64,000 nucleotides of DNA from a bacterium (GTDB lineage Bacteria > Verrucomicrobiota > Verrucomicrobiia > Limisphaerales > UBA11358): NCBI GenBank assembly GCA_021813325.1, contig JAKALA010000003.1:61114-125113 (forward strand). The letters run 5' to 3'. The notes under the pieces are model-generated. The model made no database searches. It saw only the letters and a program-made list of their open reading frames with translations, and was not told the origin of the DNA. The translations under genes and the position numbers were made by a program. Positions 1 to 9,327 of the stretch are shown here, one piece after another. The stretch's first letter is position 1; the number at the start of each line of letters is the position of its first letter.

Positions 1-2
1 CG

Positions 3-1595
3 CATGAAACCATGGCCGAGATGGGTGTGGATGGCTTGATCGCCGCGCCCCAAAAAATCGGCATGGAACACGTCGCCCACATGGGCGAAGAGGAATTCAC
101 CCGGTTTGCCGATTCCGCGGAGGCGCAGGCGCTCCGTTCGCGCATTCGCGATTTCAAAGGCGTTCCCTCCGCCGATTTGCCCAAATGTTTGCACGCGGAT
201 TTGCGGCCGTATCAAAAAGACGGTTTTGATTTTCTCGTGCATCTGGTGCAGGTCAAACTCGGCGGCATTCTGGCCGACGACATGGGCTTGGGCAAAACGC
301 TGCAAACCTTGACCTGGCTCGCCTGGCTCAAGGAGCGTCACACCAAGAACCCGAAACCTTCGCTGGTGATTTGTCCCGCGTCGGTGCTGCACAACTGGCA
401 GCGGGAAGCGGAGCGTTTCACCCCCGGCATGAAGGTGCTGGTGCTTGAAAGCGGCGCCGCGCGGCACAACCTGCGCAAACAGATTCCGCAGCATGATTTG
501 ATCGTCACCAACTACGCCCTGCTCCGGCGTGATTTGGAGGAGTTTCATAAATTTTCCTTCCGCGCGGTCATCCTTGATGAGGCGCAGTTCATCAAAAATC
601 CCGGCGCCCAGGTCACGCAATCCGTCAAACAATTGAAGTGCGAAAACAAACTCGCGTTGACGGGCACGCCGCTGGAGAACCGGCTGCTGGATTTGTGGAG
701 CATCGTTGATTTCATTCAACCCGGTTACCTCGGCAATCAGGAACATTTCCTCGAAACCTACGAACCCAAAGGCGGCGAAAACGCCGAAGCCGCCCAGCGC
801 ATCGCCCGCAAACGGCTGTCCGCCAAGCTGCGTCCGCTGCTGCTGCGCCGCTTGAAACGCCATGTGGCCAAGGATCTGCCGGATCGCATCGAACAGCGCC
901 GGGATTGTCCGCTGGGCGATGAACAGCGCAAACTGTATCTGGCGGAACTTCGCCGGAGCCGCGAAACCATCGAACAGGCCGTCGCGCAGCAAGGGCTCAA
1001 CAAGAGCAAGATGCACGTGCTGGCCGCGCTCACGCGGTTGCGCCAGATTTGCTGCCATCCGTCACTCGTCGGCAGCGACACGGCCTCGGGCAAAACCGAA
1101 ACCTTGTTTGAATTGCTCGATTCGCTCGTGGCCGAGGGTCAAAAGGTGCTCGTCTTCTCGCAGTTTGTGCAGATGCTGCAAATCCTCGAAAAGGAATGTC
1201 TCGCCCGCAACATTCGCACGCACATGCTCACCGGCCAGACCAAGGATCGCCAGTCGGTGGTCAACGAATTCCAAAAGGACCATGGCGCCAGCGTGTTCCT
1301 GCTCAGTTTGCGCGCCGCCGGCACGGGTTTGAACCTGACCAACGCCAGCTACGTGGTGCTTTACGATCCGTGGTGGAATCCAGCGGTGGAGGCGCAAGCC
1401 ATCGATCGCTCCCATCGCATTGGCCAGACGCAAACCGTGAACGCCTATCGTTTGATCGCGCCCGGCACCGTGGAGGAAAAGATTTGGGAACTACAGCAAA
1501 GCAAGGCGCAAACCATCTCCGACGTTCTCGGCGAAGAAGGCTTTGCCCGCAGCCTCACGGCGACGGATTTGGAATACCTGTTTTCGGAAGATTAA
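3..1595 (+). CDS. SNF2/SWI2-family helicase, C-terminal ~530 aa (5' end outside window)
   Basis: The frame is open to the window edge. Motifs: LADDMGLGKT (motif I), DEAQFIKN (motif II), LTGTPLENRLLDLWS (III), and helicase-C motifs LSLRAAGTGLNL and AIDRSHRIGQ. Confidence 0.9.
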   Translation, partial: HETMAEMGVDGLIAAPQKIGMEHVAHMGEEEFTRFADSAEAQALRSRIRDFKGVPSADLPKCLHADLRPYQKDGFDFLVHLVQVKLGGILADDMGLGKTLQTLTWLAWLKERHTKNPKPSLVICPASVLHNWQREAERFTPGMKVLVLESGAARHNLRKQIPQHDLIVTNYALLRRDLEEFHKFSFRAVILDEAQFIKNPGAQVTQSVKQLKCENKLALTGTPLENRLLDLWSIVDFIQPGYLGNQEHFLETYEPKGGENAEAAQRIARKRLSAKLRPLLLRRLKRHVAKDLPDRIEQRRDCPLGDEQRKLYLAELRRSRETIEQAVAQQGLNKSKMHVLAALTRLRQICCHPSLVGSDTASGKTETLFELLDSLVAEGQKVLVFSQFVQMLQILEKECLARNIRTHMLTGQTKDRQSVVNEFQKDHGASVFLLSLRAAGTGLNLTNASYVVLYDPWWNPAVEAQAIDRSHRIGQTQTVNAYRLIAPGTVEEKIWELQQSKAQTISDVLGEEGFARSLTATDLEYLFSED

Positions 1596-1865
1596 ATCGC
1601 GTTGCGAATCAATATTTTATGAATATTAAAGGCTGATTTTTAGGCTTGCTGCACACGATTTTGCACCCAAGTCCACGGTTTATCCCGCAGCGTTACACGA
1701 GTTCGCGCTCGAGGTCGGCCAGACGGGGGGCATGGCTGGGCTGTGGATTTCGGTTTCAAATGACAACACGGCTGCCAGGGTGGTTGTTTCTGCCGGTCGA
1801 GGAACCGTTACCCCTCAAATCCCAAGGTCCGTGTCAAGCTGCACCCGCCGGCGCGGAAATCCGCT

Positions 1866-3482
1866 TTATAAATTCAGCCCTTGATAATCCATGCCGACCA
1901 GGCAGACGTCGTCGTCGAATTCGCCGTTGACAGCAAAGTCGCGGATCACTTGCAGCAGCGCGTCGAAAAGCTCATTCGGCGGATGCGGTAACAGCGTTTG
2001 AATGTCGAGCATCAATCGCTCTTGGGAATATAATTCCTCATTTTCACCCTGCACTTCGTAAAGCCCGTCGGTGAACAGCATCAGAAAATCGCCGGGGGCA
2101 ATGGTCGCTTCGCTGGTCTGATAAGGCGGGTCGTCAAAGAGACCCAGCGCGGGTTGGCTGCGTCCGCTGTTGTTGGCCAGGGGTTCGATGCGATGGATGG
2201 CCCGGTGAATGACCAGCGGCTTCGGATGTCCGGCGTTGGCAAACCGCATCTTTCCCGTGCGGCAGTCCACCACCGCGTAAAACGCCGTAGTTAGCATCGG
2301 CGAGCCAGTATTCTTCAAAATGCTGCACAAGTCGTAGTTGAGCTTGCGCATGAAATTTCCTGGATCGCGGGCGACGGGCTTCAGCTCCTCGGACAAGGCC
2401 CGGATCATGGCCGTAACCAGCGCGGCCCGCACGCCGTGCCCGGTGACATCGCAAATAAAGACGCCGACTTCGGTGTCCGAGATGGCGGAGATGCTGAAAA
2501 AGTCGCCGCTGACGGATTCCGCCGGCTCATAGCGGTGCACGAATTGAAACGCGCTTTGCTCAATCGGAATCTGGGGCGGAAAGCTTGGGTATTGCTGCGG
2601 GAGCATGGTGAGCTGGATTTCCCGCGCGGTGCGTAAATTTTCCTGCATCAGGGCGTTTTTATTCCGGAGTTCTTCCCGGCTGCGGGACAGTTCCGCCGTG
2701 GCCCGCCGGATTTGTTCCTCGGCGTGCTTGCGCTCGGAAATGTCCTCGACCGTGCCCTCGTAGTAAAGGAGTTTGCCCTGGGCATCCCGCACGGCCCGGC
2801 AGTTCTCAGCGATCCAGATGATGCTGCCGTCCTTGCGATAAATCTTCGATTCAAACCCGCTCAAAACATCGTTTTGCTGCATGAGGCGGATGAACTCTTC
2901 GCGGCGGAGGGAGTCCACATACAGGCTGCCGGCAATGTCCTTGATGCTGGCCATCAGTTCCAGGGGCGATTCATAACCGTAAATCCGGGCGAGCGCGACA
3001 TTGGCCAGCAGATAATGCCCGGTGACGGTGGTGCGGAAGAGACCTTCCACGAGGTGGTCAAAAATGCCGTAATAATTTTCCTTTTCATCCAGCAGCGCCA
3101 GCCGCTCCTGTTGCCGCGCCAATGAACTCTGCAGGGCATGGCGCAAGGCCGGCGCATTGAGGCTTGGGCGGCTCAAATAATCCTGGGCGCCGCTGAAAAT
3201 CGCTTCGGCCATGTAGGATTCATCCTCCTGCGGCCCCACGGCAATGACCGGCAACCGCGGCGCCATGGTGGTCAGCGAGGTGATTTGAAACAGGGCGGCG
3301 GCGTTGGCCTGGGTGATTTCCAACAGGATGACGTGGAAAATATTGGTGGCCAGCATGGCTAGGGCGGCTTCGGACGTGGGTTCCAGCGTCACATCCACCC
3401 CGGCCCCCAACAAGTCGGAGAGGAGCCGCCCCAAACCTGGGTCGGCGCTGATGGCCAGAATTTTTTGCGGGGGGGTTTCCAT
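1866..3482 (-). CDS. Receiver-like + PAS + PP2C/SpoIIE serine phosphatase (RsbU-type)
   Basis: SpoIIE/PP2C motifs SGDFF, DVTGHGVRAALVTAM and FTDGLYE. There is a PAS-like middle segment and an N-terminal CheY-like segment. The ORF is open to 3617. ATG 3482 (METPPQKILAIS) is preferred and ATG 3521 is possible. Confidence 0.85.
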   Translation of the reverse strand: METPPQKILAISADPGLGRLLSDLLGAGVDVTLEPTSEAALAMLATNIFHVILLEITQANAAALFQITSLTTMAPRLPVIAVGPQEDESYMAEAIFSGAQDYLSRPSLNAPALRHALQSSLARQQERLALLDEKENYYGIFDHLVEGLFRTTVTGHYLLANVALARIYGYESPLELMASIKDIAGSLYVDSLRREEFIRLMQQNDVLSGFESKIYRKDGSIIWIAENCRAVRDAQGKLLYYEGTVEDISERKHAEEQIRRATAELSRSREELRNKNALMQENLRTAREIQLTMLPQQYPSFPPQIPIEQSAFQFVHRYEPAESVSGDFFSISAISDTEVGVFICDVTGHGVRAALVTAMIRALSEELKPVARDPGNFMRKLNYDLCSILKNTGSPMLTTAFYAVVDCRTGKMRFANAGHPKPLVIHRAIHRIEPLANNSGRSQPALGLFDDPPYQTSEATIAPGDFLMLFTDGLYEVQGENEELYSQERLMLDIQTLLPHPPNELFDALLQVIRDFAVNGEFDDDVCLVGMDYQGLNL

Positions 3483-3657
3483 GCCGGTAACCGTCCCGTG
3501 AAAATACCGTTTTCTGGCCATCCCGCAAGCGTGTTGCTCCGGTTCGCGAAAATCCCCCTTGGAAAAAATTGCCTTGCCAAACGCGGGGCGATGGATTTGA
3601 AATGGCAGCAACCACAAACCCCATTTGCCTCTGGCACCTACTATGTAAAACCGGCTT

Positions 3658-5757
3658 ATGAAAAACTACTCACCTGCGGAAATTCGCAACTTCGCCATCG
3701 TCGGTCATGCCTCGTCGGGAAAAACCATGTTGAGCGAGGCCATGCTGCGCTGTGCGGGAACGATCAACCGGATGGGCAAAATCGCCGACGGTTCGACGGT
3801 CTCGGACTACCACGTCAGCGAAAAGAACCGGCAGATTTCCGTGTCGGCCTCGTTGCTGCATCTGGAGTGGGCGGAAAAGAAATTCAACATCATCGACACG
3901 CCCGGCTATCTGGATTTCATTAGCGAAGGTTTGGGGGCGTTGCGCGTGGGCGATTTTGCGCTGGTGGTCATTGATGCGCGGGACGGGCTGGGGGTGGGCA
4001 CCGACCGGGTTTGGGATTATGCCCATAACTACGGCATTCCCAAAATGATCGTCATTAACGGCATCGACAAGGAGAATTCCCGGTTTGATGAGGTGCTGAA
4101 AACCACCCGGGACCATTTCGGCCGGCACGTTTTTCCCTTGAACATTCCGGTCAACGCAGGCCCCGGCTTCAACCAGGTGCTGGACGTGTTGCGCAATGAA
4201 GTGGCGACCTACGCCACCGATGCCTCGGGCAAATACTCCGAGGAGTCCGCCAAGGGAGTTTGGGCGGACAAAGTGAAGGAATTGCATCGCGAGCTGATCG
4301 AGCACATCGCTGAATCCGACGATGCGTTGATGGAGAAATTTTTTGCGCAAGGCACGCTGGCGGAGGAGGAGTTTCGCGCCGGCATACACGCAGCGGTGCA
4401 GAAAGAGTTGTTCATTCCTCTTTTCTGCACCTCGGCGGAAAACAACATTGGCGTCGCGCGGTTGATGGATTTTATCTCAAAATACGGCTCCTCTCCGGTG
4501 GATCGAAAAAGCGTTCCCGCCTTGGACGCCAATGACAATGCAACGGAGGTGCTGCTCAATAACAGTGAAACGGTGGCCTATGTGTTCAAAACCATGTCCG
4601 AGGCGCACTTCGGCGAACTGTCATTTTTCCGGGTGTATTCGGGGACCGTGCATAGCGGCATGGATTTGTTCAACAGCGACCGCAAGGTGACCGAGCGGGT
4701 GGGCCAGATATTTTTGTTGAACGGGCAAAATCGGGAGGGCGCTCCCGCGTTGGGGCCCGGCGACATCGGCGCCACCGTCAAGCTCAAGGACACGCACACC
4801 GGCAACACGCTTTGTTCCGCGAAACATCCGCTGACACTGCCCAAAGTGGTCTATCCCAAGCCCAACATTCACGCGGCATTGATCGCCAAAGTCAAAGGCG
4901 AGGAGGAAAAGATTGCTTCCGGACTCGCCGCCTTGCACGAGGAGGATCCCACGTTCCTCTACGTGGTGGATTCGGAATTGCACCAGACCATTCTTTCAGC
5001 CCAGGGCGAGTTGCATCTGGAAGTCATTGCCGACCGGCTGCGCCGCCGCCACAACGTGCATGTGGATCTGGAGGCGCCGCGTGTCAAATATCGTGAAACC
5101 ATCAAAGGCCGGGGCGAATCGAAATATCGCCACAAAAAACAAACCGGCGGCGCCGGGCAGTTTGCCGAAGTCTGGATGCGGATCGAACCCAAACCGAGAG
5201 ACTCGGGCGTGGAATTTACCCAGTCGCTGGTCGGGCAGAACGTGGACCGGAATTTCGTGCCGTCCGTGGAAAAGGGTGTGCAGCAGGTTTGCATCGAAGG
5301 CGTCATTGCCGGCTGCCGGGTGACGGACGTTAAGATCGATTTTTACGACGGCAAAATGCATCCGGTGGATTCCAAGGACATTGCCTTCCAGATCGCGGGA
5401 TATTTCGCCTTCAAAGAAGCCTTTAATGTCGCCAAACCCTGCCTGCTCGAACCCATCGAGACCGTCGAGATTCACATCCCGGAAGATTTCATGGGCAAAG
5501 TCATGGGCGACCTTTCCTCGCGCCGCGGGAAAATTCTCGGCATGGATACCGACGGCGCCTTCCAGGTCATCAAGGCACACGTGCCGACGGCGGAACTGTA
5601 TCATTATTCCAGCACGTTGCGCTCGTTGACGGGTGGCCGTGGCGTGCATACCGAGGAATTCAGTCACTACGAGGAAATGCCGCGGGATGCCGCTGAAAAG
5701 GTGGTGGCCGAAGCCGCCAAGCGGAAAGCCAATCATTCCAATCACGAACCGCACTGA
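3658..5757 (+). CDS. Elongation factor G paralog (stand-alone, not in a str operon context)
   Basis: G1 AIVGHASSGKT, G3 DTPGYLDF, and EF-G domains II-V recognisable through to the C-terminus. G4 reads NGID instead of NKxD. Confidence 0.9.
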   Translation: MKNYSPAEIRNFAIVGHASSGKTMLSEAMLRCAGTINRMGKIADGSTVSDYHVSEKNRQISVSASLLHLEWAEKKFNIIDTPGYLDFISEGLGALRVGDFALVVIDARDGLGVGTDRVWDYAHNYGIPKMIVINGIDKENSRFDEVLKTTRDHFGRHVFPLNIPVNAGPGFNQVLDVLRNEVATYATDASGKYSEESAKGVWADKVKELHRELIEHIAESDDALMEKFFAQGTLAEEEFRAGIHAAVQKELFIPLFCTSAENNIGVARLMDFISKYGSSPVDRKSVPALDANDNATEVLLNNSETVAYVFKTMSEAHFGELSFFRVYSGTVHSGMDLFNSDRKVTERVGQIFLLNGQNREGAPALGPGDIGATVKLKDTHTGNTLCSAKHPLTLPKVVYPKPNIHAALIAKVKGEEEKIASGLAALHEEDPTFLYVVDSELHQTILSAQGELHLEVIADRLRRRHNVHVDLEAPRVKYRETIKGRGESKYRHKKQTGGAGQFAEVWMRIEPKPRDSGVEFTQSLVGQNVDRNFVPSVEKGVQQVCIEGVIAGCRVTDVKIDFYDGKMHPVDSKDIAFQIAGYFAFKEAFNVAKPCLLEPIETVEIHIPEDFMGKVMGDLSSRRGKILGMDTDGAFQVIKAHVPTAELYHYSSTLRSLTGGRGVHTEEFSHYEEMPRDAAEKVVAEAAKRKANHSNHEPH

Positions 5758-5867
5758 GCCAATGCCATTGCGCAGACGTGCGGGTCAGCCCTGCACCGGT
5801 GCGGGAATGGGGCTTGTGAATGTGGCTTGAATCCGACCGCGAGACAGACAGAATCTTGCGGTCACGT

Positions 5868-6521
5868 ATGATTCCAAACGCAAAGACAGGTTCCAGTCGC
5901 TTTTCCACCTCGGTGTTTGTGTCGGTTGGCTTGACCGTGTTTCTGCTGACCTTCTTGAGCAGTGTCCTCATCACATTTGTGCTTCCTGAAAGTTATGAAA
6001 GCACGGCGCGCATCAAGGTGGATGCTGATAATCCGCCTTACGTTAACCTTGAGTTGCTGCAATCGCGCGTGGTTTTGGAGCCAGTTATTGCCACGTTGAA
6101 CCTAAACCAGGCCTGGGGCAAACGTTATTTAAAAGGCGAGCAACTCCAGACGGAAGAATCTTACAAGCTGCTGCAAAATCGCCTGAGTCTCGTCCCGATT
6201 CGCAATACGAAGCTGATCAATGTCTCGGTTACCAGTGAAGATCCGCGCGAGGCGGCGCTCATTGCCAACGCGGTGGCGGAGAACTACCAAGATTACTTCA
6301 AGCGTGCCACGGCGAACACAAATTTGGAGACTGCTGCCAATCTGACCGTGCAAATCATAGAGCGGGCTGAACCAAGCCAGGTGCCGTCACGTCCGCACAA
6401 GCCGGCTAACATGATTACCGGCGCTTTTTGCGGCTTGGTGTTGGGAGCTTGCGCCGGCGGGCTGTCCGCCTGGCTGGTTCCCAAATTTGGCCAACGGAGA
6501 GCCAGTGTCACGCCGGCCTGA
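5868..6521 (+). CDS. Wzz/GumC-like polysaccharide chain-length determinant domain protein (short form)
   Basis: An N-terminal TM helix is followed by LPESYESTARIKVD...LQSRVVLEPVI (Wzz-type N-domain) and a C-terminal TM helix. The start is ATG 5868 or 5820. Confidence 0.65.
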   Translation: MIPNAKTGSSRFSTSVFVSVGLTVFLLTFLSSVLITFVLPESYESTARIKVDADNPPYVNLELLQSRVVLEPVIATLNLNQAWGKRYLKGEQLQTEESYKLLQNRLSLVPIRNTKLINVSVTSEDPREAALIANAVAENYQDYFKRATANTNLETAANLTVQIIERAEPSQVPSRPHKPANMITGAFCGLVLGACAGGLSAWLVPKFGQRRASVTPA

Positions 6522-7101
6522 TCGGGCTGGCCGCGACTTTTGATTGCGCCGGCAAATCTCCACCGGAACGAACCGGCATAACTGTGATGAGCCGATGACC
6601 GCACACTTCAATTGAATCCTCTGATACCAATTCTTTGTGATAATCGCCACAATGTGATTGTAATTACGGATGGGAGATGAGATCAGCACGGCCTGGCACG
6701 AGCGCATCTGAAACTAACGGTAACCAGTCCAACGTGGCCGAACTAACCTGCTTTACCAGTTCCCGCTGCGGCTGCTCAACCGACCGTGGTGCCGTTCATA
6801 GGGCGGCGGCCATAGTTGCAACGCCGGGGCTAGTCTTGTCTCCTTTTGAAAACTACACGACACCTAAACCAAAAAACATTGCCACGACGGTAAATCCCTT
6901 TTATCTTTTTGGCGGATGACATATGTGTTCTCCGTTGCGGTTTGAATGCCTAAGTCCGTCTCGATCGGGCGGTCCAATGTTAACATTCCGTCCAGAATGT
7001 CGCATTTGGCTGTAGCATTTTTTAAGTTTATGGGGTCCAAAGACCCTTAGGGGTGGGTTGGACTCAAGAACGCCTTGTAAAATGACCTTAATTTAACGGT
7101 T

Positions 7102-7176
7102 GCGCGGTTAGCTCAGTGGTAGAGCACGTCCTTCACACGGACGGGGTCAGAGGTTCGAAACCTCTACCGCGCACCA
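7102..7176 (+). tRNA. tRNA-Val: tRNA-Val (anticodon CAC), CCA encoded
   Basis: Hand-folded cloverleaf: acceptor GCGCGGT/ACCGCGC, D arm GCTC-AGTGGTA-GAGC, anticodon arm CGTCC-TTCACAC-GGACG, variable GGGTC, T arm AGAGG-TTCGAAA-CCTCT, discriminator A, CCA. Confidence 0.95.
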
Positions 7177-7560
7177 CTCCACCAGTTTGACTGGTGCCCG
7201 CAACAGTGACCACGGCTTAACGCAGGAACCACGGGCTTTTTTGTAGTCGAGGATAAGCTTCAAGCCAAACATTTTTTGAGCGAGAACCCGCTTCTCTTGA
7301 AGTGAACCCATTTCAGCGATTTTCCCCGCGTTTTTAGCGGTTAAAATCCATTCTGTGAATGGTTCGAGCCAATCGGCTCGGCCTGTCAAAAGCGCGGGGC
7401 TTTGCTCCTCCAAAGATTTCTTCTGGCTCATTGCTTTGGGCTTCTCCGCCACGAACGCCTCACGGTTGTTGGCGCCGGTTTGAAACTGGGGTAAATTCGC
7501 CGATCTGAAAATGCGGTGATTTGGAGGGGATGCGGACATGAACAGGGCGGCCCAACCCAT
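7147..7560 (-). pseudogene. Possible C-terminal fragment of a large serine recombinase. Its last 10 codons are antisense to the tRNA-Val 3' end
   Basis: WLEPFTEWILTAKNAGKIAEMGSLQEKRVLAQKMFGLKLILDYKKARG...KPWSLL resembles, from memory, the C-terminal tails of recombinase-family proteins. No catalytic N-domain is present. The fragment overlaps the tRNA at 7147-7176. Confidence 0.4.
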
Positions 7561-7599
7561 GTTGGCTAGGCGAGCCGCCGGTGCGGAGGGAAGTTGGAC

Positions 7600-7779
7600 T
7601 TACGGGGTTTCGATCTGGTCTTTCATGCGATAACTCTTGCCTTCCAAGATCACGGTTTCGGTGTGATGCAGGAGCCGGTCCAGCACGGCGCTGGTGAGAG
7701 TTCTGTCGTTGTTGAAGATTTTAGGCCAATGTTTATAGGGCTGGTTGGTGATGAGCAGGATCGGACCTTGTTCGTAATC
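7600..7779 (-). pseudogene. IS21-family IstB helper ATPase, C-terminal 59-codon fragment
   Basis: My own translation of the minus strand gives DYEQGPILLITNQPYKHWPKIFNNDRTLTSAVLDRLLHHTETVILEGKSYRMKDQIETP*. This matches the conserved IstB C-terminus (...TTN..F.EW..VF.D....A.LDRL.HH......G.SYR.K). No N-terminal part is present. Confidence 0.75.
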
Positions 7780-8046
7780 GTCGGGATGCCATCTTGATTC
7801 AAGAACAAATGGTCAACCGACCATCGGTTTGAGCCATCCATCCTTTCCCGAGGCAAGTTCCGCTTCACGTTTGACCAGCAACCAGCGCCGAGGTCGCGCG
7901 CTGTCCATTTGGTCGCCCGCCAGAAAATTCGGATATTTCGCCAGTAATTCCTGCAACAAATTTTCCGAATCGTAAGGCTGTTCATCCATCCGAATGCGCT
8001 GGTCATTGTCTTTTACGAGAAATATTCCAGGGTTCGTGCTTTTGAT
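7780..8046 (-). pseudogene. N-terminal fragment of a conserved nuclease-like protein (tentatively NucS/PD-(D/E)XK-like), frameshifted and truncated by the IstB fragment
   Basis: Frame A reads GIFLVKDNDQRIRMDEQPYDSENLLQELLAKYPNFLAGDQMDSARPRRWLLVKREAELASGKDG. After a 1-nt shift near 7840, frame B reads SNRWSVDHLFLNQDGIPT. Homology stops abruptly at the IstB junction (~7780). The family assignment is from memory only. Confidence 0.5.
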
Positions 8047-8076
8047 CTGTGTTTGTCTTTGTCCATCTGCGGCTTA
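8044..8076 (-). repeat. Orphan copy of the CACRRAT-triplet terminal repeat (family A), overlapping the deoR-family stop codon
   Basis: The minus strand reads TAAGCCGCAGATGGACAAAGACAAACACAGATC. Compare TTAACCACAGATGGGCACAGATGAAACACGGATG at 8883. Confidence 0.7.
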
Positions 8077-8859
8077 AATTTGATTACCATTCGCCTGAGG
8101 TGCAGGCGCAACCACCACTTCCACGCCGTGCGCGCGCAATCCGTTCACCAGCTCCGCCGGCGCCTGGCTGTCGGTGACGACGGTATCAATCATGTCCAAC
8201 CCGCATAACGGCGAGACGGATTGCCGGCCAAACTTCGTGTGATCGAGGCAGAAAATGATTTTCTGCGCGGCCTTGAGCATCGCCCGCTGGATGTCAATCA
8301 GCAGCGCGTGCGAATTGGTGATGCCTTCCAGCGTGATGCCGCCGGCGCTCATGATGGCCACGTCCGCGCGCATTTTGGAAAACGCCTCGACCGTCATCGT
8401 CCCGACCAGCACGCCGAGCCGCGGATAAATCACGCCGCCAGCGAGAATCACTTCCACTTTGTTTGCGGAGGCGTAAAGGTTGGCCACCGGCAGCGAATTC
8501 GTCACGATCTGCGGCGCTTTTTCTTCGAGATGCCGCGCGACGTGAAAGACCGTCGTGCCGGCGTCGAGAATGACGCTTTGATTGGCGCCGATGAGTTCGG
8601 CGCACGCCTTGCCGATCAGTTCCTTTTCCGAAAGCTGCTGGGTGTCGCGTTTGGAAAACGCAAATTCATCCGATTTCGGCTGGACGATGCGTGCGCCGCC
8701 GTGGGTGCGCCGCAAATTGCCCGTTGCTTCCAGCACCGACAAATCGCGCCGCACGGTGGAGACCGACGCCTCGACGTGCTCGGAAAGCTCATCCAGCGAC
8801 GCGAATTCCACGCGTTGAAGATATTCTTCAATGCGGTGTTTGCGTTCTTCGGCGGTCAT
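8074..8859 (-). CDS. DeoR-family transcriptional regulator (HTH + sugar-phosphate-binding domain), presumed BMC-locus regulator
   Basis: N-terminal DeoR HTH (ASLDELSEHVEASVSTVRRDLSVLEATGNLRRTHGGA) and a C-terminal DeoR sensor domain. A DeoR regulator is a standard component of PVM-type BMC loci. Confidence 0.9.
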   Translation of the reverse strand: MTAEERKHRIEEYLQRVEFASLDELSEHVEASVSTVRRDLSVLEATGNLRRTHGGARIVQPKSDEFAFSKRDTQQLSEKELIGKACAELIGANQSVILDAGTTVFHVARHLEEKAPQIVTNSLPVANLYASANKVEVILAGGVIYPRLGVLVGTMTVEAFSKMRADVAIMSAGGITLEGITNSHALLIDIQRAMLKAAQKIIFCLDHTKFGRQSVSPLCGLDMIDTVVTDSQAPAELVNGLRAHGVEVVVAPAPQANGNQI

Positions 8860-8922
8860 GGGTTCGGTTCAAAAAATTATTTTTAACCACAGATGGGCAC
8901 AGATGAAACACGGATGAAAAAT

Positions 8923-9294
8923 TCAACTGCCTTTCGGAATGCCAAAAACTTTATTGTGCGCTTCTTGTTTTAGCCATTCAACCAAAAGAGAAAAAGTCCA
9001 CGACACGCCTGGTTTTAGAAAAGTATCTTTTGCTTTTTTCCAAATTGTATCATTTCGAGCGGCATCAAGAAAATCATGGCCAGCCCAAGTAAGTCTATAA
9101 ATTGTTGCTTCACTGGGAATCAAGTTCGTTGTTGTTACATCTCCTTCGACTAAACCATTATCTTTCATTAGCGCGATTTGATATGCTTCATCAGGCGTTG
9201 AGGCCTTAAATAGTTCATGGGGTTCGCCATTTTCAAAATTACGGGACTCGGCATCAATCAGTATCTGCCGAATTAAATCCATGTCGCGTTTCAT
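8923..9294 (-). CDS. DUF2513-family small protein (winged-helix-like)
   Basis: The N-terminus MKRDMDLIRQILIDAE matches the DUF2513 hallmark as I recall it. The composition is ordinary and AT-rich. It lies 33 nt downstream of the 348-aa gene. Confidence 0.7.
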   Translation of the reverse strand: MKRDMDLIRQILIDAESRNFENGEPHELFKASTPDEAYQIALMKDNGLVEGDVTTTNLIPSEATIYRLTWAGHDFLDAARNDTIWKKAKDTFLKPGVSWTFSLLVEWLKQEAHNKVFGIPKGS

Positions 9295-9327
9295 TTCAGA
9301 AATATGTGTTGAATGATTAAAGATCTA

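Noticed and set aside
6522-7101. The 580-nt gene-free stretch upstream of tRNA-Val, inspected for ncRNA (tmRNA, RNase P, SRP, 6S, riboswitch) and for the 80-aa ORF 6677-6919.
   Set aside because: I found no conserved ncRNA signature. The ORF has no recognisable features or RBS context. A weak TAAAAT box at 7078-7083 might be the tRNA promoter -10, but no acceptable -35 lies at proper spacing. It was left unannotated.
7147-7176. A search for a second copy of the tRNA-Val 3' segment (a distal att site) elsewhere in the window.
   Set aside because: Only 8-9-nt chance matches were seen by eye, for example near 17431 and 29590. No convincing direct repeat was found, so no island boundary is claimed. 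The eye-scan is not exhaustive.
7594-8006. ORF-track entries 7594-7797(+) and 7650-8006(-) taken as genes.
   Set aside because: Retranslating the minus strand shows that the real signal is two truncated gene fragments in different frames: an IstB tail and a frameshifted nuclease-like N-terminus. The listed ORFs are partial or antisense readings of these.
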